DNA of 64,000 nucleotides, taken from an uncultured Pelagibacteraceae bacterium (lineage in GTDB: Bacteria > Pseudomonadota > Alphaproteobacteria > Pelagibacterales > Pelagibacteraceae). Below the pieces are notes generated by a model that did no database searches, had not been told where the DNA came from, and worked only from the letters and a program-made list of their open reading frames with translations. The stretch lies in assembly GCA_902590625.1 (NCBI GenBank), contig CACIXL010000003.1, forward strand, positions 2,294 through 66,293, in the 5' to 3' direction. Made by a program: the position numbers and the translations under genes. Each line of letters begins with the position of its first letter. The first letter of the stretch is position 1. Shown piece after piece: positions 37,162 through 49,502 of the stretch.

Positions 37162-39810
37162 TTCAGCTTGAGCAGCGGCTAATCTTGCTACTGGGACTCT
37201 GAATGGAGAGCAGGAAACATAGTTAAGTCCTGTTCTAGAACAAAATTCAATACTCTTTGGATCGCCACCATGCTCGCCACAAATTCCTAACTTAATATTC
37301 TTATTTGTTTTCCTGCCTCTTGAAGAAGCTATTTCTACTAACTCACCTACTCCATTTTGATCTATGCTTACAAATGGATCTACATCAAAAATTTTATTAT
37401 CAATATAATCGTTTAAAAATTTCCCTGAGTCGTCTCGGCTTATACCAAATGTTGTTTGTGTTAAATCATTTGTGCCAAAGCTAAAGAAATCAGCATGTTT
37501 TGAAATAGACTTCGCTTGTAAAGCGGCACGTGGTAATTCAATCATAGTGCCTACCATATATTCAAGTTTTAATTTATTTTCTTTTTCTATTTCTTTAGCT
37601 ATTTTGTTAACTAAGGCTCTTAAAATTTTTAATTCAGAGTCAGTAGACACTAAAGGTATCATTATTTCTACAAAAGCTGCTTTTACTTTTTGTTTTTTTA
37701 ATTCGACTATAGCTTCAAATATTGCTCTACATTGCATCTCATAAATCTCTGGGAAAGAAATGCCTAGTCTACATCCTCTATGCCCAAGCATAGGATTTTC
37801 CTCATGAAGTTCTGCTATTCTATCCTTAACCTCTTTCGCTGATAAATTTAAAGATCTTGCTACTTCCTCAATATCTTTGTCAGCTTTTGGTAAGAATTCA
37901 TGAAGTGGTGGATCTAATAATCTTACTGTAACAGGTAAACCTGACATGACTTTAAATATTTTCTTAAAGTCTTCTTTTTGATGAGGAAGAAGTTTATCTA
38001 GCGCACTATTTCTGTCGTCTTTTGATTTAGACAAAATCATTTGTCTAACGGATAAAATTCTCTCTTCATCAAAGAACATATGCTCAGTTCTACATAAACC
38101 GATTCCCTCAGCACCAAACTCTCTAGCTGTTTTACTATCTGCTTCCGTCTCAGCGTTTGTTCTTACTTTTAATTTTCTAAATTCATCAGCCCATTTCATT
38201 ATTGTAGAAAAGTATCCAGAAATTTCCGGTTGGACAGTAGGAACTAATCCTTTCATTACTTTTCCACTTCCGCCGTCTATAGTAACAACATCTCCCTCTT
38301 TAATAGTTATGTTGCCAGCTTTGAATTGTTTTAACTCATAATCGATTGTTATTTCACTTGAACCTGAAACACATGGTCTTCCCATTCCTCGTGCTACTAC
38401 TGCGGCATGGCTTGTCATTCCTCCTCTTGCAGTAAGAATTCCTTTAGCTGCATGCATTCCATGTATATCTTCTGGTGAAGTTTCTAACCTCACCAATATC
38501 GTATCTTGCATCATCCCATTTAATTTCTCTGCATCATCAGCAGTAAAAACAACTTTACCGCTTGCAGCACCTGGAGATGCAGGTAAACCCGAAGCAATTA
38601 CTTCTTTCTCTACTTTATCGTCTAAAGTAGGATGTAATAAAGTGTCTAGGGTATTTGGATCTATTCTTTTGATTGCTTCTTTTTTTGAAATTAATTTTTC
38701 TTTTACCATATCTACTGCAATTTTAATTGCAGCTTTGGCAGTTCTTTTTCCAGATCTTGTTTGCAACATCCAAAGTTTATTATTTTCAACTGTAAACTCG
38801 ATATCTTGCATATCTTTGTAGTGCTTTTCTAGCTTGAGAAATACTTTTGCAAGTTCTTGATAAACTTTAGGCATTGCCTCTTCCATTGAAGGGTCTTTAG
38901 AACCCGATTCTTGTTTTGCTTTTTTTGTAATGTATTGAGGGGTTCTCGTACCCGCTACAACATCTTCACCCTGCGCGTTAATTAAAAATTCTCCAAAAAA
39001 AGAATTTTCTCCTGTTGAAGGATTTCTAGTAAAGGCAACGCCAGTTGAGCAATCATCACCCATATTTCCAAAAACCATAGCTTGCACATTTACAGCTGTT
39101 CCCCAATGGTCTGGAATTTGATTTAATTTTCTATAAGTTTTTGCTCTTTGACTATCCCAAGACAAAAATACAGCGTTGATTGCTCCTAGTAATTGTCCTT
39201 TTACATCTTGAGGAAAATTAATTTTTTTTTCTTTTTTTACTAATTCTTTAAAATTAATAATTAAACCATCCCAATCGCTTTCATCTAGATCTGTATCTAG
39301 CAAAACTCCTTTTGTTAATTTATAATTATCAATTAGCTCTTCAAACAAATGTCCTTCTACGCCCAAAACTACATTGCTGTACATTTGTATAAATCTTCTA
39401 TAGCTATCTTTTGCAAATCTTCCGTTAGACGTTTTCTTTTTTAAAGACTCAACTGTTTTATCATTAAGACCAAGATTTAAAATTGTGTCCATCATACCAG
39501 GCATTGAAATTCTAGCCCCTGATCTAACTGATACCAGTAATGGATTTTTAAGATCACCAAATTTCTTTTTAGTTTTCTTTTCTATATTTTTCAGCTCTGA
39601 CTCAATATTTTGTATTACCTTTTTTGGCAATTTCTTTTTATTTTTGTAGAATAGATCACAAACATCTGTCGTAATAGTAAATCCAGGAGGGACAGGTAAA
39701 CCTAATCTACCCATCTCACCGAGGTTTGCTCCCTTTCCGCCCAAAATATTTTTTTTATTCTTTAGCTTTTTGGCGGATTTATCATCAAAGCTAAATATTA
39801 CTTTTGCCAT
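37150..39810 (-). CDS. ppdK: pyruvate, phosphate dikinase
   Basis: LGGKGANL.EM, SVRSGA..SMPGMMDT, GGMTSHAAVVAR, GLCRTEHMF, SFGTNDL. Confidence 0.98.
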   Translation of the reverse strand: MAKVIFSFDDKSAKKLKNKKNILGGKGANLGEMGRLGLPVPPGFTITTDVCDLFYKNKKKLPKKVIQNIESELKNIEKKTKKKFGDLKNPLLVSVRSGARISMPGMMDTILNLGLNDKTVESLKKKTSNGRFAKDSYRRFIQMYSNVVLGVEGHLFEELIDNYKLTKGVLLDTDLDESDWDGLIINFKELVKKEKKINFPQDVKGQLLGAINAVFLSWDSQRAKTYRKLNQIPDHWGTAVNVQAMVFGNMGDDCSTGVAFTRNPSTGENSFFGEFLINAQGEDVVAGTRTPQYITKKAKQESGSKDPSMEEAMPKVYQELAKVFLKLEKHYKDMQDIEFTVENNKLWMLQTRSGKRTAKAAIKIAVDMVKEKLISKKEAIKRIDPNTLDTLLHPTLDDKVEKEVIASGLPASPGAASGKVVFTADDAEKLNGMMQDTILVRLETSPEDIHGMHAAKGILTARGGMTSHAAVVARGMGRPCVSGSSEITIDYELKQFKAGNITIKEGDVVTIDGGSGKVMKGLVPTVQPEISGYFSTIMKWADEFRKLKVRTNAETEADSKTAREFGAEGIGLCRTEHMFFDEERILSVRQMILSKSKDDRNSALDKLLPHQKEDFKKIFKVMSGLPVTVRLLDPPLHEFLPKADKDIEEVARSLNLSAKEVKDRIAELHEENPMLGHRGCRLGISFPEIYEMQCRAIFEAIVELKKQKVKAAFVEIMIPLVSTDSELKILRALVNKIAKEIEKENKLKLEYMVGTMIELPRAALQAKSISKHADFFSFGTNDLTQTTFGISRDDSGKFLNDYIDNKIFDVDPFVSIDQNGVGELVEIASSRGRKTNKNIKLGICGEHGGDPKSIEFCSRTGLNYVSCSPFRVPVARLAAAQAELSK

Positions 39811-41864
39811 TACAGACCTTCTAATTTTGAAAAATCAATAAAGTTATCAAAAGTATTACAAAACATTTTTAATAACTCTAATCGATTATTTTTTATATCC
39901 TGATTTTCATCATTTACTACGACATTGTCAAAAAAATTATCAGTAGATTCTTTCGTATCAGAAAGCTTTATCAACAAGCTTTCATAGTCTTTATTATCGT
40001 CTTTAACTGTGAAAGCTTTCCGAATCTCATTTATTTTTTCATGAAGTATTTTTTCTTCATCTTTTCTAAATAATACGACATCGGGCCTGCCAGTGATTCT
40101 TTTTCCAGCTTTATCTAAAATATTTGAAGCTCTTTTATACGAATTGATTGCATTTAGTCCTATACCTTTATTTTTGTATTTGTTCATTAAAAGTGTTTTT
40201 GCATAAAGTGCCAAGAAATTATCTCCAGCATGAGAACTGATTGATGCTTCAATAACATCAGTTTTAATATTTTTTAATTTTAATACGTTTCGCATTCTTT
40301 CCTTAATAAATTCTAGAACTTGTTGTTCGGTTTTTTCATTTTTAATTTCAACACCTTGTTCTTGGTAAAGTCTTATAGCGTAACTAATTAAATCTCTGAG
40401 TTTGAATGATAATTTATTTTCAATTATTATTCTAAGTAATCCAATTGCAGCTCTTCTTAAAGCAAAAGGGTCTTTTGAGCTTGTAGGTTTTTCATCAATA
40501 ATAAAAAAACCAACTAGAGTATCTATCTTATCTACAATTGAAATGGAGTAGCTAAAAGGTTTTTTAGGTAATACTGATGTTAGACCTATTGGTAAATAAT
40601 GATCACTTACTGAGTTTGCCACATCTTCATCAAAACCTTGTGCTAACGCAAAATATTTTCCCATAACGCCCTGAAGCTCTGGATACTCTCCAACTAGGTC
40701 TGAGCATAAATCAGATTTAGAGATTGAAGCTGCAACTTGAACTTTTTCTTTATTAATATTTAAGTCATCTGACAAAAGACCGGCCAATTGTCTTAACCTT
40801 TGTGTTTTGTCATAAATAGTGCCTAGCTTTTCATAAAATGTTACTGATTTGAGGTTGGCTATTTGTTTAATCAAATTTTTAGATCTATCTTTATCCCAGA
40901 AAAATTTGGCATCAGCTAGTCTTGCTTCAACAACCCTTTTATTTCCTTGGGTAATTAATTTTTTTTCATCTTTTTTATTTGCTACAACAAAAAAATAATT
41001 AGTTAGTCTGTCCCTGCTATCAAAAATTGGAAAATATCTTTGATGTTTTTCTAAAGTAGATATTATAATTTCTTTAGGTATTTCTAAATAATCTTTGTTA
41101 AAATTAACATGAAGTAGATTTGGATCCTCTACAATATTAACGACCTCTTCTAAAAGCTTTGTATTTAATTTCTCTTTGTATTGTTTAGATTGAGAATATG
41201 AGTTGATCTTTTTAAGAATGATCTCCTCCCTTTCCTTGTGATCGACTATTATTCTATTGCTTTTTAAAAAATTTAGATAATCTTTAAAATCTTTTATTTT
41301 TTTTGTTTTTGTAATTAAATCTTGTTCTATAATTACTTCATCTGTTGCATTAAGATGCTCATAATTAAATGCTAATTTTTTATTGTTATATATTGCAAAG
41401 ATTGCCCTAAGAGGCCTTCCCCAAATCAAATTATGATCTGACCACTTCATTGATCTTTTCCAATTAATTGACCCAATTGCCTTTGGAATAATTTTGATTA
41501 ATAAGTCTTCTACTAAGATTGATTGGGATTGCGTTTTAATAAAATAAAATCTTCCTTTATCAGTTTCTTTTTCAATAAGTTCGTTCTCAGAAACATTTTT
41601 GGCTCGTAAAAAACCTTGGATAACTTGATGAGGAGATCCTGCCTTGGGTCCTTTAATTTCCATGGCTTCTATATTAATTTTTTCAGCAAGGTCTTTTATA
41701 AATAGTGTTAATCTGGTTGGAGAAGAATAAACTGATAATTCTTTATATTTTATATTCTCTTCTTCAAAAGTGTTTTCAATAAATTGTTTTATTTGAGATC
41801 TGGCTGCTATTTGTAACTGAGGCGGAATTTCCTCACTATATAATTCCAATAATAGTTCTGCCAT
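39810..41864 (-). CDS. glyS: glycine--tRNA ligase beta subunit
   Basis: LLE...EEIP, GN.RV..ARL.DA.FFW, EYPELQG.MG, SSKDPFALRR. Confidence 0.96.
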   Translation of the reverse strand: MAELLLELYSEEIPPQLQIAARSQIKQFIENTFEEENIKYKELSVYSSPTRLTLFIKDLAEKINIEAMEIKGPKAGSPHQVIQGFLRAKNVSENELIEKETDKGRFYFIKTQSQSILVEDLLIKIIPKAIGSINWKRSMKWSDHNLIWGRPLRAIFAIYNNKKLAFNYEHLNATDEVIIEQDLITKTKKIKDFKDYLNFLKSNRIIVDHKEREEIILKKINSYSQSKQYKEKLNTKLLEEVVNIVEDPNLLHVNFNKDYLEIPKEIIISTLEKHQRYFPIFDSRDRLTNYFFVVANKKDEKKLITQGNKRVVEARLADAKFFWDKDRSKNLIKQIANLKSVTFYEKLGTIYDKTQRLRQLAGLLSDDLNINKEKVQVAASISKSDLCSDLVGEYPELQGVMGKYFALAQGFDEDVANSVSDHYLPIGLTSVLPKKPFSYSISIVDKIDTLVGFFIIDEKPTSSKDPFALRRAAIGLLRIIIENKLSFKLRDLISYAIRLYQEQGVEIKNEKTEQQVLEFIKERMRNVLKLKNIKTDVIEASISSHAGDNFLALYAKTLLMNKYKNKGIGLNAINSYKRASNILDKAGKRITGRPDVVLFRKDEEKILHEKINEIRKAFTVKDDNKDYESLLIKLSDTKESTDNFFDNVVVNDENQDIKNNRLELLKMFCNTFDNFIDFSKLEGL

Positions 41865-41867
41865 AAT

Positions 41868-42764
41868 TTAACTTTGTGAATTTAACCATAAGGCGCCACA
41901 ACCTTTTGCAAGCTCCCTAATTCTAGTTATATAACCAGTTCTTTCTGCTACACCAATAACACCACGAGCATCTAGTAAATTAAAAATATGACTTGCTTTT
42001 AGACATTGATCATAAGCTGGTAATGATAGTTTTCTTTCAAGTAAAGATTTACATTCATTTTCGGTATTCTCAAAATGTTTAAGCAGAGTATCAGTATTTG
42101 CAAACTCAAAGTTATATGCAGAAAATTCTTTTTCAGCTTGAAAAAAAACTTCTTTATATTTGACTCCCTCATTATTCCAATCTAGATCAAAAACATTATT
42201 TTTTCCTTGAACGAACATACATAGTCTTTCAAGACCATACGTAATCTCTACTGGTACAGGTTTACATTCTATACCTGTCATTTGCTGAAAATAAGTGAAT
42301 TGCGTAATTTCCATTCCATCACACCAAACTTCCCAGCCTAAACCTGCTGCTCCTAATGTTGGACTTTCCCAATCATCTTCAACAAAACGAATGTCATGAT
42401 TTTTTACATCTATACCAATGGCTGCTAAACTTTTGAGATAAAGTTGTTTAATATTTTTTGGAGATGGTTTTATAATCACTTGATATTGATAATAATGTTG
42501 TAACCGATTTGGATTTTCTCCATATCTTCCATCTGTTGGTCTTCTTGATGGTTGAACATAGGCTGCTTTCCAGGGCTTTGGTCCAAGAGATCTTAGAGTA
42601 GTTGCAGGATGAAAGGTTCCAGCTCCAACCTCCATATCGTAAGGTTGTAAAATTACACAACCATTTTTTCCCCAAAATTTTTGTAAATTCATTATAATAT
42701 CTTGAAAAGATAAAAAGTTTAATTTTTTAGATATTTTTTTTTTTACTTTTTTTTTAACTGGCAT
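41868..42764 (-). CDS. glyQ: glycine--tRNA ligase alpha subunit
   Basis: [36 protein letters not shown]. Confidence 0.98.
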   Translation of the reverse strand: MPVKKKVKKKISKKLNFLSFQDIIMNLQKFWGKNGCVILQPYDMEVGAGTFHPATTLRSLGPKPWKAAYVQPSRRPTDGRYGENPNRLQHYYQYQVIIKPSPKNIKQLYLKSLAAIGIDVKNHDIRFVEDDWESPTLGAAGLGWEVWCDGMEITQFTYFQQMTGIECKPVPVEITYGLERLCMFVQGKNNVFDLDWNNEGVKYKEVFFQAEKEFSAYNFEFANTDTLLKHFENTENECKSLLERKLSLPAYDQCLKASHIFNLLDARGVIGVAERTGYITRIRELAKGCGALWLNSQS

Positions 42765-43577
42765 TTATAAACCAAATTTTTGCCACATCGATTTTTCTTC
42801 TAAAATATTAGTTAGTCTGTCAACGGGATCTTGAATAGAGGAAGATAGTTTTCTTGCAATAAATCCTTTTGGTTTTTCAAAATTTTTGATAGTTACTTTG
42901 TCACCAAATTTTTCTTTTAAAATTTGATCAGCATTTCCGATTCCATCAATTAATCCAAGATTTAAAGATGTTTTTCCAGTCCAAAATTCACCTGTAAAAA
43001 TATTATTTTTTTCAGGATCTTTAAGTTTAGAGCCTCTGCTTGTTTCAACAACTTTAATGAAATCAGCGTGCAATTCTAGTTGGATGCTCTTAAGTCTTTT
43101 AACATCTTCCTCTTTCTCATCAACAAATGGATCTAGAGTACTTTTATTTTTTCCTGCAGTATAAACTCTTCTCTCAACTCCAATTTTTTTAATCAAATCT
43201 TTGAATCCAAATGATGCTGAAATCACGCCAATTGATCCAATAATAGAACTTGAGTTAGCATAAATTTCATCACCTGCACATGAAATTAAATACCCTCCCG
43301 ATGCAGCTACGTCCTCAGCAAATATAATAACTTTAACTTTATTTTTTTCAGCTAATTGTCTTATATAACTATAAATTAAATGTGATTGGACTGGGGACCC
43401 TCCAGGCGAATTAATTGAGATCGCAACATGAGTTATTTTTTTCAAAGAAAAAGCTTTTTTTAAAATATCTCTTTGACCAGCAAGATCTATACCTTTATTA
43501 AATCGGCCTGCTGATCCAATTACGCCAGTTAATCTTACATGTGGTATAACTTTTTTCTTTTTAAAAATTGAAAACAT
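42765..43577 (-). CDS. S49 family (SppA-like) peptidase
   Basis: INSPGGS, AASGGY, SIIGSIGV, FTGEFWTG. Confidence 0.92.
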   Translation of the reverse strand: MFSIFKKKKVIPHVRLTGVIGSAGRFNKGIDLAGQRDILKKAFSLKKITHVAISINSPGGSPVQSHLIYSYIRQLAEKNKVKVIIFAEDVAASGGYLISCAGDEIYANSSSIIGSIGVISASFGFKDLIKKIGVERRVYTAGKNKSTLDPFVDEKEEDVKRLKSIQLELHADFIKVVETSRGSKLKDPEKNNIFTGEFWTGKTSLNLGLIDGIGNADQILKEKFGDKVTIKNFEKPKGFIARKLSSSIQDPVDRLTNILEEKSMWQKFGL

Positions 43578-43722
43578 AATTTAGATGATCTTTATTATTC
43601 TTATAACAGTAATAAACTAAATTTTAATATTAAATTACGCTACTTATAGTTGAATTATAGGTGCGTCACCACGTTACTATTTAAAATTTTATTATTAAGT
43701 AAATCGATTGTAAGAAAAGAAT

Positions 43723-44736
43723 ATGGGATCAGTAATACCACTTAAAAAATCTGCAAACTCTGCATATCTCGAGCTTAAAAATATGCTTGGGGTTAAATTG
43801 CAAAAAGTTGAGAGCTTAATAGAGCAAAAACTTAAGAGTGATGTTGATTTGATTAAAAAGATGAGCGAACATCATCTTAAATCAGGCGGTAAAAGGTTGA
43901 GAGCGCTATTAACTTTAGAGTCTGCAAAATTAACTGGATACAAAGAAGAGATAAGAGATATTAATCTAGCAGCATGTGTAGAATTAATTCATTCAGCAAC
44001 CTTACTACATGATGATGTAATTGATGAAAGCTCTTTAAGACGAGGAGTTAAAACAACAAATTCTATTTGGGGTAATCAATCTTCAATTTTAGTAGGAGAT
44101 TATCTTTTAAGTAGATGTTTTGAAATTATGGTTCAAGATGGAGATCTTGAAATTTTGCAACTTTTATCATCAACGTCTGCAAAAATTGCACAAGGAGAAG
44201 TGCTTCAACTGCAGCATAAAGGTGAAGCAGATCTTTTAGAGGAAACATATATAGATATTATTAATTTAAAAACTGCAGCGCTTTTTTCTGCAGCAACAAA
44301 AACAGGGGCTTGTATTTCAGGAAGCAATGAAAAAGAAAAGAGAGCATTAGAATCATATGGAAGAAATTTGGGTCTTGCTTTTCAAATAGCTGATGATGCC
44401 CTCGATTATTATGCAAAAGAGAAATTTTTTGGTAAAGAAATTGGAAAAGATTTTTATGAGGGAAAAGTTACTCTTCCACTAATAACTATATTTCAAAAAG
44501 GAAACGAGGAAGAAAAAGAATTTTTAATGGAGATAATGAAAAAGGATAAAAGAACTGAAGAAGATTTTAGTGAAACGTTGGCTTTAATTTTTAAATATAA
44601 AGCAGTTGAGACCAGTTTAAAAAAAGCAGAATATTTCGTTAATGTTTCTTACGATGCTTTAGCAATATTTCCAGATAGTGAAGATAAACAAATACTGCAA
44701 AATTTAACTAGCTTCAGTTTAAATAGATCTTTTTAA
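43723..44736 (+). CDS. ispB: long-chain polyprenyl diphosphate synthase
   Basis: GGKRLR, ATLLHDDVID...RRG, FQIADD. Confidence 0.9.
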   Translation: MGSVIPLKKSANSAYLELKNMLGVKLQKVESLIEQKLKSDVDLIKKMSEHHLKSGGKRLRALLTLESAKLTGYKEEIRDINLAACVELIHSATLLHDDVIDESSLRRGVKTTNSIWGNQSSILVGDYLLSRCFEIMVQDGDLEILQLLSSTSAKIAQGEVLQLQHKGEADLLEETYIDIINLKTAALFSAATKTGACISGSNEKEKRALESYGRNLGLAFQIADDALDYYAKEKFFGKEIGKDFYEGKVTLPLITIFQKGNEEEKEFLMEIMKKDKRTEEDFSETLALIFKYKAVETSLKKAEYFVNVSYDALAIFPDSEDKQILQNLTSFSLNRSF

Positions 44737-45365
44737 GGGTAAAGAAGTTCCTTTTCCCATTTTCCATTTTTACTTTTATAGTTTAATCTTTCATGAATTC
44801 TTCCTTCTCCATCAACCCAAAACTCAATTTCATTTGGAATAACTCTCCAACCGGACCAATGTGGGGGCCTTGGTACATTATTTTCATCAGGATATTTTTT
44901 TTCAAATTCTTTAATCTTTTCTAAAAAAGTATTTCTTTTGTCTAACGTTTGTGACTGTGATGAAGCCCAAGCGCCTATTCGATTTTTATATGGTCTGGAA
45001 TTATAATAATCATCTGCCTCTTTTTTAGTAACTTCTTCCACACTTCCAACCACTCTGACCTGACGTCTCAAACTTTTCCAGTGAAAGCACATTGATGCTT
45101 TAAGATTTTCCTTCAACTCACTTCCTTTTTTGCTATTAAAATTAGTGTAAAAAACAAAACCTTTGTCACTTAATCCTTTTAACAAAACCATCCTAACATT
45201 GGGTTGATTGTCTTTACTTGAAGTTGCTACTGCTACAGCATTTGGGTCATTAATTTCTGACTTCTCAGCCTCAACAAACCATTTTTTAAACAATTCTATT
45301 GGATTATCCAAATCATCAAAACATTTGTCTATACCAAGGGAATTTTTGCCATTTTTTTGATTCAT
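44733..45365 (-). CDS. pdxH: pyridoxamine 5'-phosphate oxidase
   Basis: RMVLLK, FYTN..S.K, RQVR, AWAS.QS, RP.HW.G, EFW. Confidence 0.96.
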   Translation of the reverse strand: MNQKNGKNSLGIDKCFDDLDNPIELFKKWFVEAEKSEINDPNAVAVATSSKDNQPNVRMVLLKGLSDKGFVFYTNFNSKKGSELKENLKASMCFHWKSLRRQVRVVGSVEEVTKKEADDYYNSRPYKNRIGAWASSQSQTLDKRNTFLEKIKEFEKKYPDENNVPRPPHWSGWRVIPNEIEFWVDGEGRIHERLNYKSKNGKWEKELLYP

Positions 45366-45399
45366 ATATTTAATAAAATAAACTATACATTATTTACTT

Positions 45400-46482
45400 A
45401 TGTCTTTTAATACTTTTGGAAAAATATTCCGTTTTACTACTTGGGGAGAGTCTCATGGCCCTGCAATAGGCTGCGTAATTGATGGTTGCCCCCCTAATAT
45501 TCCAATAACTGAAAAAGATATCCAAGCTGATATGGATAGAAGAAGACCTGGGCAGTCTAAATTTACTACTCAAAGGAAAGAACCGGACAAAGCAATTATT
45601 CTATCTGGTGTCTTTGAAGGTAAAACAACAGGTACACCTATTTCAATTATCATTTACAATGAAGATAAAAAATCTAGAGACTACGAATCCATCAAGAATA
45701 AATTTAGACCTGGGCATGCTGATTATACTTATTTTAAAAAATATGGTATTCGAGATTTTAGAGGCGGCGGTCGCCAATCCGCTAGGGAAACCGCTAGTAG
45801 GGTTGCAGCGGGTGCTGTGGCTCGTATTGTACTAAAGAAAATTTTAGGTAAAAAATTTAATGTTATAGGTGCAGTTACTCAATTAGGTTTAATGTCATGT
45901 GACAGAACTAATTGGAACAACGCGGAGATAAGAAAGAATCCTTTTTTCTGTCCCGACAAAAAATCTGTTAAGTTATGGGAAAAATATCTTTTAGCAGTAA
46001 GAAAAGCGGGATCGTCATGCGGTGCAATAATTGAATTGAGAGCTACTGGAATTCCAGTCGGCTTGGGAGCACCCATCTATTCAAAACTTGATACCGATAT
46101 TTCAGCTGCATTAATGAGCATCAATGCAGTAAAAGGTGTGAATATTGGATCAGGAATGAATGCAGCTTTTTTAAGTGGTGAAGAAAACTCTGATGAAATT
46201 AGAAAAAGTTCTGGAAAAATAAAATTTAAAACTAATCATGCTGGAGGAATTCTAGGAGGAATTTCATCAGGTCAAGATATTGTGGCATCTTTTGCTGTTA
46301 AGCCAACTTCATCCATTTTAACTAGCAGAGAAACTATAGATAAAAAGGGAAAGAACACAAATATTTCTGTTAAAGGACGTCATGATCCATGCGTAGGAAT
46401 TAGAGCAGTACCCATTGGTGAAGCAATGATCAATTGTGTTTTACTAGATCATTTATTAATGCACAGAGCACAGTGTAGTTAA
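45400..46482 (+). CDS. aroC: chorismate synthase
   Basis: [36 protein letters not shown]. Confidence 0.98.
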   Translation: MSFNTFGKIFRFTTWGESHGPAIGCVIDGCPPNIPITEKDIQADMDRRRPGQSKFTTQRKEPDKAIILSGVFEGKTTGTPISIIIYNEDKKSRDYESIKNKFRPGHADYTYFKKYGIRDFRGGGRQSARETASRVAAGAVARIVLKKILGKKFNVIGAVTQLGLMSCDRTNWNNAEIRKNPFFCPDKKSVKLWEKYLLAVRKAGSSCGAIIELRATGIPVGLGAPIYSKLDTDISAALMSINAVKGVNIGSGMNAAFLSGEENSDEIRKSSGKIKFKTNHAGGILGGISSGQDIVASFAVKPTSSILTSRETIDKKGKNTNISVKGRHDPCVGIRAVPIGEAMINCVLLDHLLMHRAQCS

Positions 46483-48398
46483 TTAGAAATCTTATTTCTA
46501 TTTTTAGCTAAAATAATATTTGAGTTAAGTGTCTCCTCAACTTTATGAGCTATAGAAGAGCTATCTAAGCCTGCAGTCTCATACATTTTCTCTGGTGTAT
46601 CTTGATCAATGAAAATGTCTGGTAGGATCATAGATCTAAATTTTAAACCTCTATCAAACACTCCTCTATCTGATAAAAACTGCATCACATGAGATCCAAA
46701 ACCACCTATAGATCCTTCTTCAATTGTTATTAATACTTCATGATTAGATGCTACTTCCATGATAAGTTTTTCATCTAATGGTTTTGCGAATCTTGCATCT
46801 ATAATTGTACAATCAATTCCTTTTTTTAAAAGATCTTCTGAAGCTTTTTTACATTCTTCTAATCGTGTTCCAAAGTTTATTAAAGCTACTTTTTTTCCTT
46901 CTTTAATTACTCTTCCTTTTCCAATTTTAAGAGTTTCTTTAATAGAGGGTAACTCAACCCCAATTCCATTTCCTCTAGGGTATCTAAAAGCAGATGGGCG
47001 GTCGTTTATATTGACTGTGGTATTTATCATTTTAACTAGTTCTGACTCATCGCTTGCTGCCATAACAACAAAATTCGGTAAAGTTGAAAGATAAGTAATA
47101 TCGAAAGAACCAGCATGTGTTGGTCCATCTGCACCAACTAGTCCTGCACGATCAATAGCAAATCTTACTGGTAATGATTGTAAAGCAACATCATGGACTA
47201 CTTGATCATAAGCTCTTTGCAAAAAAGTAGAGTAGATTGCAGCATAAGGTTTGAATCCTTCTGTCGCTAAACCTGCTGCAAAAGTAACTGCATGTTGTTC
47301 GGCAATTCCCACATCAAAGGTTCGATCTGGAAATTTTTTTTCGAATAAATTCAACCCTGTTCCAGATGGCATAGCACCAGTAATACCAATAATCTTTGTG
47401 TCTTGTTCAGCGTGTTTTATTAAAGTTTCAGCAAAAACCTTTGTATATGATGGAACGTTTGATTTTGATTTTGCTTGTTCTCCGGTAGAAACATTAAATT
47501 TAGACACCCCGTGATATTTATCACCAGAGTCTTCTGCTGGCTTATATCCTTTTCCTTTTTGTGTTCTAACGTGAATTAATACAGGTCCTTGATGATTTGA
47601 ATTTTTTACATTTTCAAAAATTTGAACTAAACTTTCAACATCATGACCATCTATTGGTCCTACATAATAAAAACCAAGCTCACTAAATAAAGTTCCTCCA
47701 GTTACAATGTTTCTTAATAAATCTTCTGCCTTACCAGCTTTTTGACTAAATCTCTTTGAAAAAGATGAAATCACCATTTTTAATGTTTCTCTTAAACTAA
47801 AATATAATTTTCCTGATAAAAGTTTTGCTAAATATTTGCTCATAGCTCCAACGGGTCTAGCTATTGACATATCATTATCATTTAAAACGACTATTAATTT
47901 TGATTTAAGAGCACCAGCATTATTCATTGCTTCGTAAGCCATGCCCGCGCTCATCGCACCGTCGCCGATAACTGCTATTACGTTATTATTGTTATTAGAT
48001 AATTTTTTTGCAACTGCCATTCCAAGTGTTGAGGAAATGGATGTAGAACTGTGAGCTGCGCCAAAAGGATCGTACTCGCTTTCAGTTCGTTTAGTAAATC
48101 CTGATAGACCTCCACCTTTACGTAATGTTTTAATTTTGTCTCTTCGTCCAGTTATAATTTTGTGTGGATAACACTGATGACTTACATCCCAAACTAATTT
48201 GTCTTTTGGTGTATTAAAAACATAGTGTAAAGCTACAGTTAGCTCGACGACTCCTAGACCTGCACCTAAATGTCCTCCAGTTTCTGAAACAACATCCACT
48301 AGTTCATCTCTTAGTTCATCAGAGATTTTTCTAAGATCGTCCTTTTTGAATTTTCTTAAATCAGCAGGAAAGTTTATTTGTTTAATTAGTCTACCCAT
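46479..48398 (-). CDS. dxs: 1-deoxy-D-xylulose-5-phosphate synthase
   Basis: [13 protein letters not shown]...[31 protein letters not shown]. Confidence 0.98.
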   Translation of the reverse strand: MGRLIKQINFPADLRKFKKDDLRKISDELRDELVDVVSETGGHLGAGLGVVELTVALHYVFNTPKDKLVWDVSHQCYPHKIITGRRDKIKTLRKGGGLSGFTKRTESEYDPFGAAHSSTSISSTLGMAVAKKLSNNNNNVIAVIGDGAMSAGMAYEAMNNAGALKSKLIVVLNDNDMSIARPVGAMSKYLAKLLSGKLYFSLRETLKMVISSFSKRFSQKAGKAEDLLRNIVTGGTLFSELGFYYVGPIDGHDVESLVQIFENVKNSNHQGPVLIHVRTQKGKGYKPAEDSGDKYHGVSKFNVSTGEQAKSKSNVPSYTKVFAETLIKHAEQDTKIIGITGAMPSGTGLNLFEKKFPDRTFDVGIAEQHAVTFAAGLATEGFKPYAAIYSTFLQRAYDQVVHDVALQSLPVRFAIDRAGLVGADGPTHAGSFDITYLSTLPNFVVMAASDESELVKMINTTVNINDRPSAFRYPRGNGIGVELPSIKETLKIGKGRVIKEGKKVALINFGTRLEECKKASEDLLKKGIDCTIIDARFAKPLDEKLIMEVASNHEVLITIEEGSIGGFGSHVMQFLSDRGVFDRGLKFRSMILPDIFIDQDTPEKMYETAGLDSSSIAHKVEETLNSNIILAKNRNKISN

Positions 48399-49273
48399 TA
48401 AAATTTTCTATCTAAAATAAATTCTATTGTACTAGTTAATTCTTTTGCTTTTTTTCCATGTTTTTCTAATTTACGCAATATTTTTTTCTTTAAATTATTT
48501 GCATACAAATAAGCTTTTTTTTCTCCCATTAAGTTAAGTAATGTTGATTTACCTTTTTTATTATCTTTTTTCACTTGTTTTCCTAATAAATGTTTGGATC
48601 CTTTTTTATCTAAAAAATCATCAGCTAATTGAAATAGTAAACCTATTTCTTCACCCAGATTACTTAAATATTTTTTTTCTTTTTTTGTTTTGTTGGCTAT
48701 TACACCTACTGCATACAAACAAAAGTTAAATAATTTTCCTGTTTTTTTTTTCTGCATGTCTATAATTTGATTTACTTTCATATTCTTATTTTCAAACTTC
48801 AAATCTAATTCTTGTCCACCTGCAATACCCGTGTGTCCTGAACAACTAGCTAAAAATTTTATAATTTCATTTTTCTTTTGAGAATTTAAGTCATATTTTT
48901 TTTCTGATATAATTTCAAAAGCTAAAGTAAGTAATGAACTACCGGCAAGCATGGCTGAAGCTTCACCAAATGTTATATGAGTTGAAGGCTTGCCTCTTCT
49001 TGTTTTGTCATTATCCATACAAGGCAAGTCATCATGAATTAATGAATATGAATGTATACATTCTACAGCTGCACAAATATTAATAAGTTTTTTTTCATTG
49101 AGATTAAATATTTTTCCAAAATCAAAAATGATAGTCGACCTAATTTTTTTACCACCAGATATAACTCCGTATTTCATTGGTTTAACAAGTAAAGAGTTTT
49201 TTTGTTTTTTTAAATAATTAAGTAAAAATTTGTCTACTTTGTTTGCATTTTCAATTAGTTTACTTTTAATCAT
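48398..49273 (-). CDS. ispA: farnesyl diphosphate synthase
   Basis: [19 protein letters not shown]...RRG, FQLADD; xseB-ispA-dxs order. Confidence 0.92.
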   Translation of the reverse strand: MIKSKLIENANKVDKFLLNYLKKQKNSLLVKPMKYGVISGGKKIRSTIIFDFGKIFNLNEKKLINICAAVECIHSYSLIHDDLPCMDNDKTRRGKPSTHITFGEASAMLAGSSLLTLAFEIISEKKYDLNSQKKNEIIKFLASCSGHTGIAGGQELDLKFENKNMKVNQIIDMQKKKTGKLFNFCLYAVGVIANKTKKEKKYLSNLGEEIGLLFQLADDFLDKKGSKHLLGKQVKKDNKKGKSTLLNLMGEKKAYLYANNLKKKILRKLEKHGKKAKELTSTIEFILDRKF

Positions 49274-49481
49274 TTATTTTTTTATCTGAAATTTCTTTGA
49301 ATTTTTTTTTAAACAATTCATCGACATGCTTATTAAGAAGTATTAATCTTTTGTAATCACCAATTGACTCGCCTAAATTAGTCTCTTTGTTTTCTAATTT
49401 AGTCAAAATTGTATCTATTTCGTCTCTAGTTTCTTTTAATGATTTACTTTTTATATCAGCTGGAATAATTTCAGTTTTCAT
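49266..49481 (-). CDS. xseB: exodeoxyribonuclease VII small subunit (divergent)
   Basis: Size, I..KLE....L.ES...Y pattern, synteny with ispA-dxs. Confidence 0.7.
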   Translation of the reverse strand: MKTEIIPADIKSKSLKETRDEIDTILTKLENKETNLGESIGDYKRLILLNKHVDELFKKKFKEISDKKIND

Positions 49482-49502
49482 TTATTAAATAATATTTAAA
49501 TT

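Noticed and set aside
43578-43722. 145-bp spacer between the S49 peptidase and ispB
   Set aside because: No convincing ORF, hairpin or motif; consistent with two divergent promoters
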